From the NCBI GenBank assembly GCA_964510815.1, contig CAZECZ010000003.1:3430-67429 (forward strand): DNA of 64,000 nucleotides, given 5' to 3'. A program made the position numbers and the translations under genes. Position 1 is the stretch's first letter, and each line of letters begins with the position of its first letter. Source of the stretch: an uncultured Aestuariivirga sp. (lineage in GTDB: Bacteria > Pseudomonadota > Alphaproteobacteria > Rhizobiales > Aestuariivirgaceae). Positions 1-9,377 of the stretch are shown here, piece after piece. The notes beneath the pieces are model-generated. The model saw only the letters and a list, made by a program, of their open reading frames with translations, did not search any database and was not told the DNA's origin.

Positions 1-1217
1 TCCTCGGCACATGGGACGAAAAGGTCGCAAAGAAGCTCAAGGTATCGATTGAAGCTGCTGGAATCGCAGCGGCTTTGGGCAGCGATCCCTCGCTCTCGTC
101 GGATGGTTCCGGGCATTGGCTTTTGAAACTGCCGGAGACGCTCCAGCCCGGCGTCTACGATGTCGTCGTCGAGACGACCGATGCCCAGGGCAAGACGGTG
201 CGCGATGCCACCACTGGCGAGTTGGAAATCAAGGCGCCGCCACCACCACCGCCGCCCGAGATGGCGCTGCCTACGGTTTTGTCATACAGCGGCGAGGGCG
301 TGCCCTCGGCCATCCTCGGCACATGGGACGAGAAGGTCGCAAAGACGCTCAGGGTCACCATCGAAGCCGCTGGAATCACAGCGATATTGGGCAGCGATCC
401 CGCGCTCTCGTCGGATGGTTCCGGGCATTGGCTCCTGAAATTGCCGGAGACACTCAAACCCGGCGTCTACGATGTCGTCGCCGAAACCACCGATGCCCAG
501 GGCAAGACGGTGCGCGATGCCACCACTGGCGAGTTGGAAATCAAGGCGCCACCTCCGCCACCACCCCCACCGCCACCGGAAATGGCGCTGCCGACCGTGC
601 AGCCCTACAGCGGGGAAGGCGTGCCCTCGGCGATCCTCGGCACATGGGACGAGAAGGTCGCAAAGACCCTCAAGGTCACCATCGAAGCCGCTGGAATCAC
701 GGCGATGTTGGGCAGCGATTCCGCACTCTCGTCGGATGGTTCCGGGCATTGGCTCCTGAAATTGCCGGAGACACTCAAACCCGGCGTCTACGATGTCGTC
801 GCCGAAACCACCGATGCCCAGGGCAAGACGGTGCGCGATGCCACGAGCGGCGAACTCGAGATCAAGGCGCCACCGCCTCCGCCGCCACCGCCACCTCCGC
901 CGCCGGAAATGGCGTTTCCGACCGTGCAGTCCTACAGTGGCGAAGGCTCGCCGGCCGCGATCACCGGCACGTGGGACGACAAGATTGCAAAGAGCCTCAG
1001 GGTCTCCATTGCCGGCACGGGTGTCGCAGCCATCCTCGGCCAGGATGCGGCGCTCACCACCCAGGCCGGCACGTGGTCGCTGCGGCTGTCGCAGCCGCTG
1101 GACCCCGGCGTCTACGACGTCGTCGCCGAAACCGCCGATGGCCAGGGCAAGGTCGTGCGTGATGCGACAACCAGGGAGCTCGAGATCAAGGCCCCGCCGC
1201 CGCCACCGCCTCCACCG
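1..1217 (+). repeat. Intragenic tandem repeat, four units with periods of 312, 321 and 327 bp
   Basis: tcctcggcacatgggacga starts at 1, 313 and 634, with a variant at 961. The period differences equal the differences in poly-Pro length (P7, P10, P12; the last tract is P8). Confidence 0.95.
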
Positions 1218-1601
1218 TATGATTGCGAGGGTGAATTTGCCAAGCTCGAGGCGACCCATGCCATTCATTTCGCCTTCGACCGCTGGGACCTGCCAGAGAC
1301 CAGCCGTGATCTGGTGAAGCGCGTGGCCGAATTCCTCAACGACGAGCGTTGCAGTGACCGGCGTCTCATCGTCAAGGGCCATGCCGATTACTTTGGCGGC
1401 AGGCTCTACAACAGGGCCCTCAGCATCCGCCGGGCGCAGGCCGTCATCGATGCGCTGGCCGGCGAAGGCTTGTCACCGTCGCGGACGACCATCAGGGCCT
1501 ATGGCGAAAGCGATCCCGAGGATCCGGAGCGCACCGCCGATGCGCGGGCGAAGAACCGCCGCGTCGTCCTCTCCATCACCAGGGAAGGAGTAGCCCAGTG
1601 A
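3..1601 (+). CDS. OmpA-family peptidoglycan-binding protein with tandem Ig-like repeats and poly-Pro linkers (5' end lies outside the window)
   Basis: Frame is open from position 3 (LGTWDEKVAK...). Four repeats of about 100 aa each end in ELEIKA-Pn. The C-terminus has OmpA-like motifs IHFAFD, GHAD, NRALSIRRA, YGESDP and NRRV. Confidence 0.85.
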   Translation, partial: LGTWDEKVAKKLKVSIEAAGIAAALGSDPSLSSDGSGHWLLKLPETLQPGVYDVVVETTDAQGKTVRDATTGELEIKAPPPPPPPEMALPTVLSYSGEGVPSAILGTWDEKVAKTLRVTIEAAGITAILGSDPALSSDGSGHWLLKLPETLKPGVYDVVAETTDAQGKTVRDATTGELEIKAPPPPPPPPPPEMALPTVQPYSGEGVPSAILGTWDEKVAKTLKVTIEAAGITAMLGSDSALSSDGSGHWLLKLPETLKPGVYDVVAETTDAQGKTVRDATSGELEIKAPPPPPPPPPPPPEMAFPTVQSYSGEGSPAAITGTWDDKIAKSLRVSIAGTGVAAILGQDAALTTQAGTWSLRLSQPLDPGVYDVVAETADGQGKVVRDATTRELEIKAPPPPPPPPYDCEGEFAKLEATHAIHFAFDRWDLPETSRDLVKRVAEFLNDERCSDRRLIVKGHADYFGGRLYNRALSIRRAQAVIDALAGEGLSPSRTTIRAYGESDPEDPERTADARAKNRRVVLSITREGVAQ

Positions 1602-1738
1602 CCGACTTCTTCAATTTTCACGACACGTTCTACGTGGTTCAGCACCACTGGTTCTGGCTGCTCATGGCTTTGGCACTCGGCATTTGGGTCGGCTGGCGGG
1701 AGTCGGGCAACCGCCGTGCTGAGGAGGGCCGCGAATGA
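1598..1738 (+). CDS. Small membrane protein, 46 aa, not in the ORF track: MTDFFNFHDTFYVVQHHWFWLLMALALGIWVGWRESGNRRAEEGRE
   Basis: GTG overlaps the upstream stop (GTGA) and TGA overlaps the downstream ATG (ATGA). SD-like GGAAGGAG at 1583-1590. One hydrophobic helix. Confidence 0.75.
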   Translation: MTDFFNFHDTFYVVQHHWFWLLMALALGIWVGWRESGNRRAEEGRE

Positions 1739-2310
1739 CCCACTACATCATTGAATTTGCCCTGTGGACGCTGCTGGCCTTCTTCATCGGCTGCCTGATC
1801 GGCTGGCTGCTGCGGAGCATTTTCGGCAGCGCAGAGGCTGAGGCGCCGCACCCCGGCACCCTCGCTGAGTCGGAACCAGATCCTGTTCAGCCGGTTGAGC
1901 CGGCCGTGCCGAAGCTGGTGGAAATGGATTCGGCGCAGGCGGCCAATCTGTCGATGGGCATCGCCGATACCGCGATGCGCATGGACCGGCCCAAGGGCCT
2001 TGAGCAGGCCCGCGACGGCAAGCCCGATGACCTCCAGCGCATCAGCGGCATCGGTCCCAAGAACGAGAAAATACTGCACACCCTCGGGTTTTTCCACTTC
2101 GACCAGATCGCGGAATGGACCGTGGAGCAGGTGGCCTGGGTTGACGATCACCTCAAGTTCAATGGGCGTATCGGCCGCGAAGAGTGGATTGCGCAGGCGA
2201 GGCTGCTGGCGGACGGCAAGGAAGAAGAGTTCCGGCGCCTCTATGGTTCCGGTGGCAAGGTTGACGAAGATGGAAAGACCGGCTCCGGGGAGGCGACCCG
2301 GCGTTCCTGA
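1735..2310 (+). CDS. Membrane-anchored protein with an HhH-type domain resembling the C-terminal extension of alphaproteobacterial NuoE
   Basis: N-terminal TM helix; motif DDLQRISGIGPKNEKILHTLGFFHFDQIAEW...GRIGREEWIAQA; SD GAGGAGG. Confidence 0.75.
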   Translation: MTHYIIEFALWTLLAFFIGCLIGWLLRSIFGSAEAEAPHPGTLAESEPDPVQPVEPAVPKLVEMDSAQAANLSMGIADTAMRMDRPKGLEQARDGKPDDLQRISGIGPKNEKILHTLGFFHFDQIAEWTVEQVAWVDDHLKFNGRIGREEWIAQARLLADGKEEEFRRLYGSGGKVDEDGKTGSGEATRRS

Positions 2311-2317
2311 CGAATAT

Positions 2318-3196
2318 TCAGGATGGGCTGCGGTCGATCTCCAACAGCCACTGGTCGATGGCCGCAACGCATTCGGGCTCGTCGAGAAACGGCACGTGGC
2401 CGCGGTCCTTGACCGTGACGGCCGAGAGATTGCGGTGATGGGCTTGCATCTCGCTCACTGTCTGTGCGCTCAGCAGGTCTGAATTTTCGCCGCGCAGCAC
2501 GACGGCCGGCACATCCGCCATCAAGTCCAGCAGCGGCCACAATTCCGGCACCTTGCCGGTTTCGATGTCGTCCGTGGACGGAAATGTTTCAGTCAGCCGC
2601 GGATCATAGTCGATGTGCGGCCTGCCGTCCTCATCGCGGAAGACCCTCCGAGCGAAGGCCATCCATTCGTCATCGCTCAAGCAGGGAAAGCCTGGGTTGG
2701 TGGCCTTCATGGCGTTGACCGCCTCGGACCACCCAGCCAACACCGGATTGACGCCGAGATAGCTCCTGATCCGCAGCAATCCGGCCTTGTCGATGCGGGG
2801 ACCGATATCGTTGAACACCACGCCCGCCAGACGCTCCAGCGCCCGTGCTGCCATCACCAGGGCCACGATGCCGCCGCGCGACGTGCCAATGACGCCAACG
2901 CGGCCGATGGCGAGATGATCGAGCAGCGCCAGCGTATCGGCGAGCTCGATTTCTGGCCGGTAAGTGAAAGGGTCTTCCGCACGCCCGGATTTGCCACGGC
3001 CGCGGAAGTCGGGTGCAATGACCCGCCGCGTCTTCGCCAGCCGCGGCGCGATGGTCTCGAAATCCTTGGCGTTGCGCGTCAGGCCGGGCAGGCACACGAC
3101 GGGCGTCAGCTGGCTCTCTCGCGGGCCATAGTCACGGGCATAGAGATCGACGCCGTCATCCGCGCGTATCTGAACCTCCGCATACGGAGCATCCAT
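2318..3196 (-). CDS. Alpha/beta fold hydrolase
   Basis: PGLTRN, DFRGRGKS, nucleophile elbow GTSRGG, C-terminal GHVP. Confidence 0.9.
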   Translation of the reverse strand: MDAPYAEVQIRADDGVDLYARDYGPRESQLTPVVCLPGLTRNAKDFETIAPRLAKTRRVIAPDFRGRGKSGRAEDPFTYRPEIELADTLALLDHLAIGRVGVIGTSRGGIVALVMAARALERLAGVVFNDIGPRIDKAGLLRIRSYLGVNPVLAGWSEAVNAMKATNPGFPCLSDDEWMAFARRVFRDEDGRPHIDYDPRLTETFPSTDDIETGKVPELWPLLDLMADVPAVVLRGENSDLLSAQTVSEMQAHHRNLSAVTVKDRGHVPFLDEPECVAAIDQWLLEIDRSPS

Positions 3197-5316
3197 CAAT
3201 CGCAGACCTCGATGATTTCGGCGATCGACTTGGCACCACAGGCGGCCGGCTTCGGCTTAGCGTCGGCCGGCGCCGTGGTCGCAACGCTCAGGCTGTCAGA
3301 CGTCGCACCGCGTCCGAGGTCCGCCGACATAGGGCGCACGGTCTTGGGCGCCAGCCGCGAACGGTAGACATGCAGGTTCTGCAGCACCTTCTGCACATAA
3401 TGCCGCGTCTCGTGGAAGGGGATCGATTCCACCCAGTCGATCGGATCGATCTCGCCGGCACGCAGGTCGCCATATTCCTCGACCCACTCGCGTGAACGGC
3501 GCGGTCCGGCATTGTAGGCCACCAGCGTCAGCACATAGGAGCCTTCGAAGTCGGCGACGAGATCGCCCAGATGCGCGGCGCCGAGTTGAACGTTGTAGGA
3601 AGGATCGCCAGTGAGAACGCCATTCCGGTACCTGAGCCCATATTGCCTGGCAATCATCTTCGCCGTACCCGGCATGATCTGCATCAGCCCCTGGGCGCCG
3701 ACACTGCTGCCCGCCGTCGGGTTGAATTCGCTTTCCTGCCGCGACAGGGCGAAGACCAGCGGGCGTTCCACGGGCTTGCCCATGTCCTTCCAGTCGGGCA
3801 GGGCATGCACCGGATAGCCCCAGCTGTCGATGTCGAGGTTGCGCTGTGCCGCGGCCTTGGCAAGCCGGACCGCCAGGAACGGACCACCTTCGCTCCATGC
3901 CACGTCGGCAGCCGCATTCATCTCGTCGACGGTGTTGAAGCGGCTGGCGATCGACCACAGGAACCACGGCAACTGGCTCTTGCCGCCCGCCTCGGACACC
4001 ATCTTGAAAGCGCGGATCACTTCGTCCTTGTCGACCCGCGCCCTGGCGGCATCGGAGAACGCCCCGCTCTCGATTTCTTCCGGCACCTTGCCGCGGCCGA
4101 TCTTTTCACGCGCCAGCTGGCCGTAATAGACGGTCGAATACTGTGCCGCCTCGCGATACTGGGATGCAGCATCGCCCTTGCGTCCCATGGCCTCCAGCGC
4201 GCGGCCCTTCCAATAGCCGGCCCGGGCCTTTTCGGTGCGGTTGTCTGCCACCTCGCCGAGCCTGGTGAAATGCTTCAGCGCAGTGCCGGGATCCTTCAGG
4301 AAGCGCAGGGCGATCCAGCCGGACAGGAACTCGCCCTCGATGGCATTGTCCCCGCTGGAAAAGCCGTGTGCGCGGGTGATCTGATAGGCCGCCTTGGCAT
4401 TCTTGCGCTCCTTGAGCCCAATCGAATGCCTCGCGATGATGCGGCGCTCGATCCACCAGGCGCCGGGATCGCCCATGGCAACCGGATCGCCCGGAATGGT
4501 GGCCAGGACAGCCCGCGCCTTCGAATATTGTTCGCCGCGCCTGTAGAAGCGGGTGAGCGCGTATTTCATGCCCAGCTTCTCGCGCATGGATTTCGGCAGC
4601 GCTGCATACTTCTTGTCGGCACCACCCGAACGGCGGATCAGCAGCTGGGCCACGCTCGCGGCCTTCTGATAGTCGCGCGACAGCCGCTTCGAGGCGCGGA
4701 TGGCGGCATTGGTTTCCTGTGCATAGACCAGCCGCCACAGGCGCTTTTCGTGATCGCTGTCCGACAGCAGATTGCCGAATTCCTTCATCACGGCATTTTC
4801 CAGCGACGCATCGATGTCGGCATCGTGCCAAACCCGCTGCACGAACTTGCGCGCCGTATCCTTGTCGCCATTGGCGAGAAGGGCGCGGGCCAGCGCCAGC
4901 GATCCCTCAGGCGTCGTCGGCTTGCGCTTGCCGAAATGCTGAAGGATCAGGGAGGCCGGCTCGTTGTTCACATAGAGCGAGCGCTCGGCCCGCTTGAGCA
5001 GCGAATCCGTCAGCGGCCAGTTTGGCGCAGCGTCGAGAAAGGCCATGATCCGCCCGTAGCCCGCGTCGTTCGGGTGTTCGCGGAGATAGAGGAGTTCGAC
5101 CAGCTTCTGCGCGGCTGGATCGCGCGCCCGGGCAGCCGCCTGGCCCGCACCGGTGAAATCCTTTTTCAGCGCCAGCCGTGCGGCCTGGATCGCATCGCTG
5201 GATACCTTGGGTTCGGCATAGGCTTGGCCATCCGTGGAAAAGACCTGCGGCGAAATCATGGCGGTGGCGGCGAAGAGTGCAAAGAGACTGGTTCTGAGAA
5301 GGGTGGAAATACGCAT
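3196..5316 (-). CDS. slt: Soluble lytic murein transglycosylase (Slt70-like)
   Basis: Signal peptide; SLT motifs RQES, GLMQIMPGTA, AYNAGP and ETRHYV. Start could be TTG at 5325. Confidence 0.9.
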   Translation of the reverse strand: MRISTLLRTSLFALFAATAMISPQVFSTDGQAYAEPKVSSDAIQAARLALKKDFTGAGQAAARARDPAAQKLVELLYLREHPNDAGYGRIMAFLDAAPNWPLTDSLLKRAERSLYVNNEPASLILQHFGKRKPTTPEGSLALARALLANGDKDTARKFVQRVWHDADIDASLENAVMKEFGNLLSDSDHEKRLWRLVYAQETNAAIRASKRLSRDYQKAASVAQLLIRRSGGADKKYAALPKSMREKLGMKYALTRFYRRGEQYSKARAVLATIPGDPVAMGDPGAWWIERRIIARHSIGLKERKNAKAAYQITRAHGFSSGDNAIEGEFLSGWIALRFLKDPGTALKHFTRLGEVADNRTEKARAGYWKGRALEAMGRKGDAASQYREAAQYSTVYYGQLAREKIGRGKVPEEIESGAFSDAARARVDKDEVIRAFKMVSEAGGKSQLPWFLWSIASRFNTVDEMNAAADVAWSEGGPFLAVRLAKAAAQRNLDIDSWGYPVHALPDWKDMGKPVERPLVFALSRQESEFNPTAGSSVGAQGLMQIMPGTAKMIARQYGLRYRNGVLTGDPSYNVQLGAAHLGDLVADFEGSYVLTLVAYNAGPRRSREWVEEYGDLRAGEIDPIDWVESIPFHETRHYVQKVLQNLHVYRSRLAPKTVRPMSADLGRGATSDSLSVATTAPADAKPKPAACGAKSIAEIIEVCD

Positions 5317-5504
5317 GTGGATCAAAACTCTACCGTAAACTGCTGTTACCCGTGAAATATGCCGATCCTGTGTCGTCCTGACGGATCACGGACGCTTGCC
5401 CGCCGTGGATCAAGCGTCTATGGTGCCGCGCCGGTTGTGGGGGGCGGCTTGGCTCCACATCCTACGCATCTTATGGTTTCCAAGTCATTACCGGAGCTTG
5501 CACC

Positions 5505-6386
5505 GTGCCGTTCAGAGGTTCGTTTCCCGCATTGATCACCCCAATGAAGAATGGTGAAGTGGACGAGCACGCGTTCCGCAAATTCGTCAACTGGCAGATC
5601 GGCGAGGGGAGCCACGGTCTCGTCCCCGTCGGCACCACCGGCGAGAGCCCGACGCTCAATCCGGACGAGCACAAGCGCGTCATCGAGATTTGCATCGCGG
5701 AAACCAAGGGCAGGGTGCCCGTCATTGCCGGCACGGGCTCCAACAGCACCGCCGAAGCCATCGAGTACACGGTTCACGCCAAGGAAGCTGGTGCCGACGC
5801 TGCACTGGTCGTCGTGCCCTATTACAACAAGCCGACGCAGGACGGGCTCTACGCCCACTTCAAGGCGATCGCCGATGCCGTCGACATACCGATCTTCGTC
5901 TACAACGTGCCGGGCCGCACGGTGGCCAACATCTCGGTGGAGACGCTGACCCGGCTCAGCCACGACTGCAAGAACATCGTTGGCACCAAGGACGCCTCGG
6001 CCGACCTGACGCGGCCCTCGCGCCAGCGTCTGGCTTCTGGCACGGAATTCATCCAGCTCTCGGGCGAGGATGGCACGGCGCTGGGCTTCAATGCCCACGG
6101 CGGCGTCGGCTGCATTTCGGTGACCGCCAACGTGGCACCCCGCCTGTGTTCCGAGTTCCAGGAGGCGACGCTGAAGGGCGACTACGCCAAGGCGCTGCAG
6201 CTTCAGGACCGTTTGATGCCCTTGCATCATGCGCTGTTCGTCGAAACCAGCCCCGGCCCGGTGAAGTATGCCGCCAGCCTGCTCGGCATCTGCGACGCGG
6301 AAGCCCGCCTCCCGATGGTGCCGGTCAGCGAGGCAACCAAGCAGACAGTCCGCGACGCCATGGTGCATGCGGGACTGCTGAACTGA
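5505..6386 (+). CDS. dapA: 4-hydroxy-tetrahydrodipicolinate synthase
   Basis: GTTGES, PYYNKP, YNVPGRT, catalytic K in GTKDAS. Confidence 0.97.
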   Translation: MPFRGSFPALITPMKNGEVDEHAFRKFVNWQIGEGSHGLVPVGTTGESPTLNPDEHKRVIEICIAETKGRVPVIAGTGSNSTAEAIEYTVHAKEAGADAALVVVPYYNKPTQDGLYAHFKAIADAVDIPIFVYNVPGRTVANISVETLTRLSHDCKNIVGTKDASADLTRPSRQRLASGTEFIQLSGEDGTALGFNAHGGVGCISVTANVAPRLCSEFQEATLKGDYAKALQLQDRLMPLHHALFVETSPGPVKYAASLLGICDAEARLPMVPVSEATKQTVRDAMVHAGLLN

Positions 6387-6387
6387 C

Positions 6388-6885
6388 ATGAGTTCAAAGA
6401 GCGGCGGCGCCAAGGCGTCGCGCAAGGAAGCGGGCATCAAGGTTATTTCCGATAACCGGCGTGCCCGCTACGACTATGAAATCCTGCAGACCTTCGAGGC
6501 CGGGATCGAGCTCAAGGGCTCGGAGGTCAAGTCTCTGCGCACCGGCCATATGAACCTCGCCGAAGCCTATGCCACCATGAAGGGTGGCGAGATGTGGCTC
6601 ATCAACTCCAACATTCCGGAATACCGCGAGGCCAACCGCTTCAACCATGAGCCGAAGCGGCCGCGCAAGCTGCTGCTCCATGGCAAGGAGATTGACAAGC
6701 TCGCCAATGGCGTGGCGCGTGAGGGGCTCACCGTCGTGCCGCTCAAGATGTTCTTCAACGGCCGCGGCAGGGTCAAGGTCGACATCGCGCTGGCCCGCGG
6801 CAAGAAACTCCACGACAAGCGCGAAACCATCAAGGAACGCAGCTGGAATCGCGAAAAATCGCGGCTACTGCGCGACAGGGGCTAG
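6388..6885 (+). CDS. smpB: SsrA-binding protein
   Basis: [37 protein letters not shown]. Confidence 0.97.
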   Translation: MSSKSGGAKASRKEAGIKVISDNRRARYDYEILQTFEAGIELKGSEVKSLRTGHMNLAEAYATMKGGEMWLINSNIPEYREANRFNHEPKRPRKLLLHGKEIDKLANGVAREGLTVVPLKMFFNGRGRVKVDIALARGKKLHDKRETIKERSWNREKSRLLRDRG

Positions 6886-6890
6886 TCACC

Positions 6891-7397
6891 GTGAACCTGA
6901 TGTCACATCTCATCGGGCGCCGATTTCCCAGTGTCGATCTCGAAGCGAGTTCCGGCAGCCCTGTCAATCCGGCGAAACTCCAGGGGCTGGCGGTGATCTT
7001 CTGCTATCCCTACACCGGCCGCCCCGGATTTGCCGATCCCCCCAACTGGGACCACATCCCCGGTGCCCACGGTTCGACGCCGCAAGCTTTAGCTTATTCA
7101 AATGCTTACGGCCATTTTCGCAGGTCAGGTGTGAAGCTTTACGGTCTCAGCCTGCAGGACACGGAATGGCAGCGGGACTTTGTCACCCGCAATGGCCTGA
7201 CCTTCCGCCTGTTGTCGGATGCCACCCGCGGCTTCTCCAGCCGCATGGGTCTGCCACTGTTCGAGACCGGCGGCGTCGCCTATCTCCAACGCATGACATT
7301 CATCGCCCAGGACGGTGTCATCGCCGCCATGCGCTTCCCGGTGCCGGAACCGGAACGCGACGCGGAGATCGTGCTCGACATGGTCCAGCCGCGATAG
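6891..7397 (+). CDS. Peroxiredoxin (BCP/PrxQ-like) fold protein with Ser at the peroxidatic position
   Basis: YPYTGRPG...WDHIPGAHGSTPQ, GLS, LLSD, conserved R in YLQRMT. Confidence 0.75.
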   Translation: MNLMSHLIGRRFPSVDLEASSGSPVNPAKLQGLAVIFCYPYTGRPGFADPPNWDHIPGAHGSTPQALAYSNAYGHFRRSGVKLYGLSLQDTEWQRDFVTRNGLTFRLLSDATRGFSSRMGLPLFETGGVAYLQRMTFIAQDGVIAAMRFPVPEPERDAEIVLDMVQPR

Positions 7398-7401
7398 CCG
7401 C

Positions 7402-8031
7402 TCACAGATCGGCGCAGACGGCCGCGAACACTGCTTCGAACATCTCTGGAGTCAACACGCCCGTATTGGTGTTGTAGCGCGAGCAGTGATAGCTGTCATA
7501 AAGCGTCACCTCGTCGAAGACGTGGACGGCGCCATGGCCGAAGGCATGGCGTGCCCTTGTCCGTCCCAGTGCCATCAAGGTCGCATCATGGGCCACGCGG
7601 CCCAGCGCGACGATCGCCTGCAAGCGGGGCAGGGCCTTGATCTGCCGCCCCAAATAGGTGTTGCAGCATTTGATTTCCGCTGGCGTCGGCTTGTTCTCCG
7701 GCGGCACGCAGCGCACGGCATTGGTGATCAGCGCGTCCTTCAACGTCAGCCCGTCGTCTGGCCGGGCCTCGAACTCACCTTCTGCGAAACCAAACTTGAG
7801 AAGTGTGCCATACAGCAGGTCACCGGCGAAATCGCCCGTGAATGGCCGCCCCGTCCGGTTGGCGCCCTGCAGCCCGGGCGCCAATCCGACGATGAGAAGC
7901 CGCGCATCGGGATCGCCGAACGACGGCACTGGCGCGTTGAACCACTCACCATGCGCGGCCCGCTGCTTTTGGCGGAAGGCAACGAGGCGGGGGCAAGACG
8001 GGCAATCTCGCTGTGGATTGACGGCCGACAT
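7402..8031 (-). CDS. Uracil-DNA glycosylase (family 4/5, Fe-S type)
   Basis: CPSCPRL, GLAPGLQGANRTGRPFTGD, RCVPPENKP, YHCS. ATG at 8031 directly follows the NYN gene. Confidence 0.9.
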   Translation of the reverse strand: MSAVNPQRDCPSCPRLVAFRQKQRAAHGEWFNAPVPSFGDPDARLLIVGLAPGLQGANRTGRPFTGDFAGDLLYGTLLKFGFAEGEFEARPDDGLTLKDALITNAVRCVPPENKPTPAEIKCCNTYLGRQIKALPRLQAIVALGRVAHDATLMALGRTRARHAFGHGAVHVFDEVTLYDSYHCSRYNTNTGVLTPEMFEAVFAAVCADL

Positions 8032-8032
8032 C

Positions 8033-8644
8033 TCAGATATCGGCAAAGTCCTCGAAGCTCTCCTTGGGAGGCTGCGGGGCATAATTGCGTTCCCGCTGGC
8101 GGCCCTCGCGTTCGGCAGGATCGCGGCCGATCTCATCGCGCAGATCCGCCAGGTCGATGAACTGGTCCGTCTGGCGGCGCAGGTCATCGGCGATCATCGG
8201 CGGCCGTGTCGTCAGCGTGGAGACAACTGACACCCGGCGTCCCTTGGCCTGAACCGCCGCCACCAGCGAGCGGAAGTCGCCGTCGCCGGAGAACAGCACG
8301 ACGTGATCAAGTTCCCCGGCGAGCTGCATGACGTCGATCGCCAGTTCGATGTCCATGTTGCCCTTCACCTTCCGGCGGCCCATGGCGTCAGTATATTCCT
8401 TGGCGGGTTTGGTCACCACGCGGTAGCCGTTGTAGTCCAGCCAGTCGATCAGCGGCTTGATCGGTGAATACTCGGCATCATCCAGCAGCGCGGTATAGTA
8501 GAAGGCGCGAATGAGCCGCGAGCGCTTGCGGAAATAGCCCAGCAGCCGCTTGTAGTCGATGTCGAAGCCGAGTGTCTTGGCCGTGGCATAAAGATTGGAG
8601 CCGTCAATGAACAGGGCAACGCGTTCGTCATCATAAAAGTGCAT
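8033..8644 (-). CDS. NYN domain (LabA/DUF88) protein
   Basis: FIDGSN, KGNMDIELAID, SGDGDF. Confidence 0.92.
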   Translation of the reverse strand: MHFYDDERVALFIDGSNLYATAKTLGFDIDYKRLLGYFRKRSRLIRAFYYTALLDDAEYSPIKPLIDWLDYNGYRVVTKPAKEYTDAMGRRKVKGNMDIELAIDVMQLAGELDHVVLFSGDGDFRSLVAAVQAKGRRVSVVSTLTTRPPMIADDLRRQTDQFIDLADLRDEIGRDPAEREGRQRERNYAPQPPKESFEDFADI

Positions 8645-8704
8645 GGATCAAATCTCCTGGTCTAGTATGGAGAGGCTCTTAGACAGGCCCGGAATGGCGC
8701 TCAA

Positions 8705-9199
8705 GTGAAAATGATTCTGGTAGCATTGGGCTCGAACCGGGCCGGACCGTGGGGCAACCCGCAGGAGACCGTCCAGCGCGCGCTGACCCATCTTAACCGC
8801 GGTGGTTTGCGCCTCAAGCGCGCCTCGCGGCTTCTGGTGTCCTCGCCCTACGGCGTGACCGATCAGGCGCCCTTCGTCAACGCCGTGGCGGTGATCGAGA
8901 CAGGGTTTTCGCCGGAGCGGTTGCTTGCCAGGCTTCACCACATCGAGCGCATGGCAGGCCGGCGGCGCACACTCCGTTGGGGGCCGCGGACACTCGATCT
9001 GGACCTGATCGACTATCACGGCCTCATCAGCAAGCCGCCAGCCCGCCCCGTGCTGCCCCATCCGGGCATTGCCGATCGGATTTTCGTGCTGCGGCCCATC
9101 GGCGAGATTGCACCGCATTGGCGCCATCCCGTCACCCGGCAGACGGCGCGCACCATGCTGCAGCGCCTCGACCCGGCGGGCGAGGGCGGTGAAATTTAA
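8705..9199 (+). CDS. folK: 2-amino-4-hydroxy-6-hydroxymethyldihydropteridine diphosphokinase
   Basis: ALGSN, FVNAV, RWGPRTLDLDLI, LPHP, R.FVL.P. Confidence 0.95.
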   Translation: MKMILVALGSNRAGPWGNPQETVQRALTHLNRGGLRLKRASRLLVSSPYGVTDQAPFVNAVAVIETGFSPERLLARLHHIERMAGRRRTLRWGPRTLDLDLIDYHGLISKPPARPVLPHPGIADRIFVLRPIGEIAPHWRHPVTRQTARTMLQRLDPAGEGGEI

Positions 9200-9211
9200 G
9201 CACCGCTTAAC
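9196..9211 (+). promoter_or_regulatory. CtrA-binding site (perfect TTAA-N7-TTAAC)
   Basis: TTAA GCACCGC TTAAC overlaps the folK stop and lies upstream of an L,D-transpeptidase gene. Confidence 0.7.
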
Positions 9212-9254
9212 CCTGCTCACCCACAATTGTGGCCCTGGGCGTATGGGACACGCC

Positions 9255-9372
9255 CCGGTGCGCAACGCGTCAAGACGGGATCGTCTTGGCGAAGCTGTTT
9301 CGCACCAGACTAATGTTGGACGAGCAACTTGTCTCACTCTTGATGGCTTCAGCAAGCGTGAGGTTGCTCTAG
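9255..9372 (+). mobile_element. 118-bp two-hairpin intergenic repeat, copy 1 (diverged; RIME/MITE-like)
   Basis: 91/118 identical to copy 3 by manual alignment with no indels; both hairpins retained; ends CCGG...CTAG. Confidence 0.85.
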
Positions 9373-9377
9373 TGGGT

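Noticed and set aside
1..1217. Tandem DNA repeats as a CRISPR array or non-coding repeat
   Set aside because: Units are over 300 bp, in frame, and encode protein domains; there are no unique spacers or cas genes.
6388..6890. tmRNA next to smpB, or tRNA genes in intergenic gaps
   Set aside because: There is no room after smpB, and I found no cloverleaf or T-loop/CCA pattern in any gap.
8033..8644. NYN (PIN-like) nuclease as a toxin or defence gene
   Set aside because: It is the conserved LabA/DUF88 gene in its usual udg-folK context, with no antitoxin or defence neighbours.
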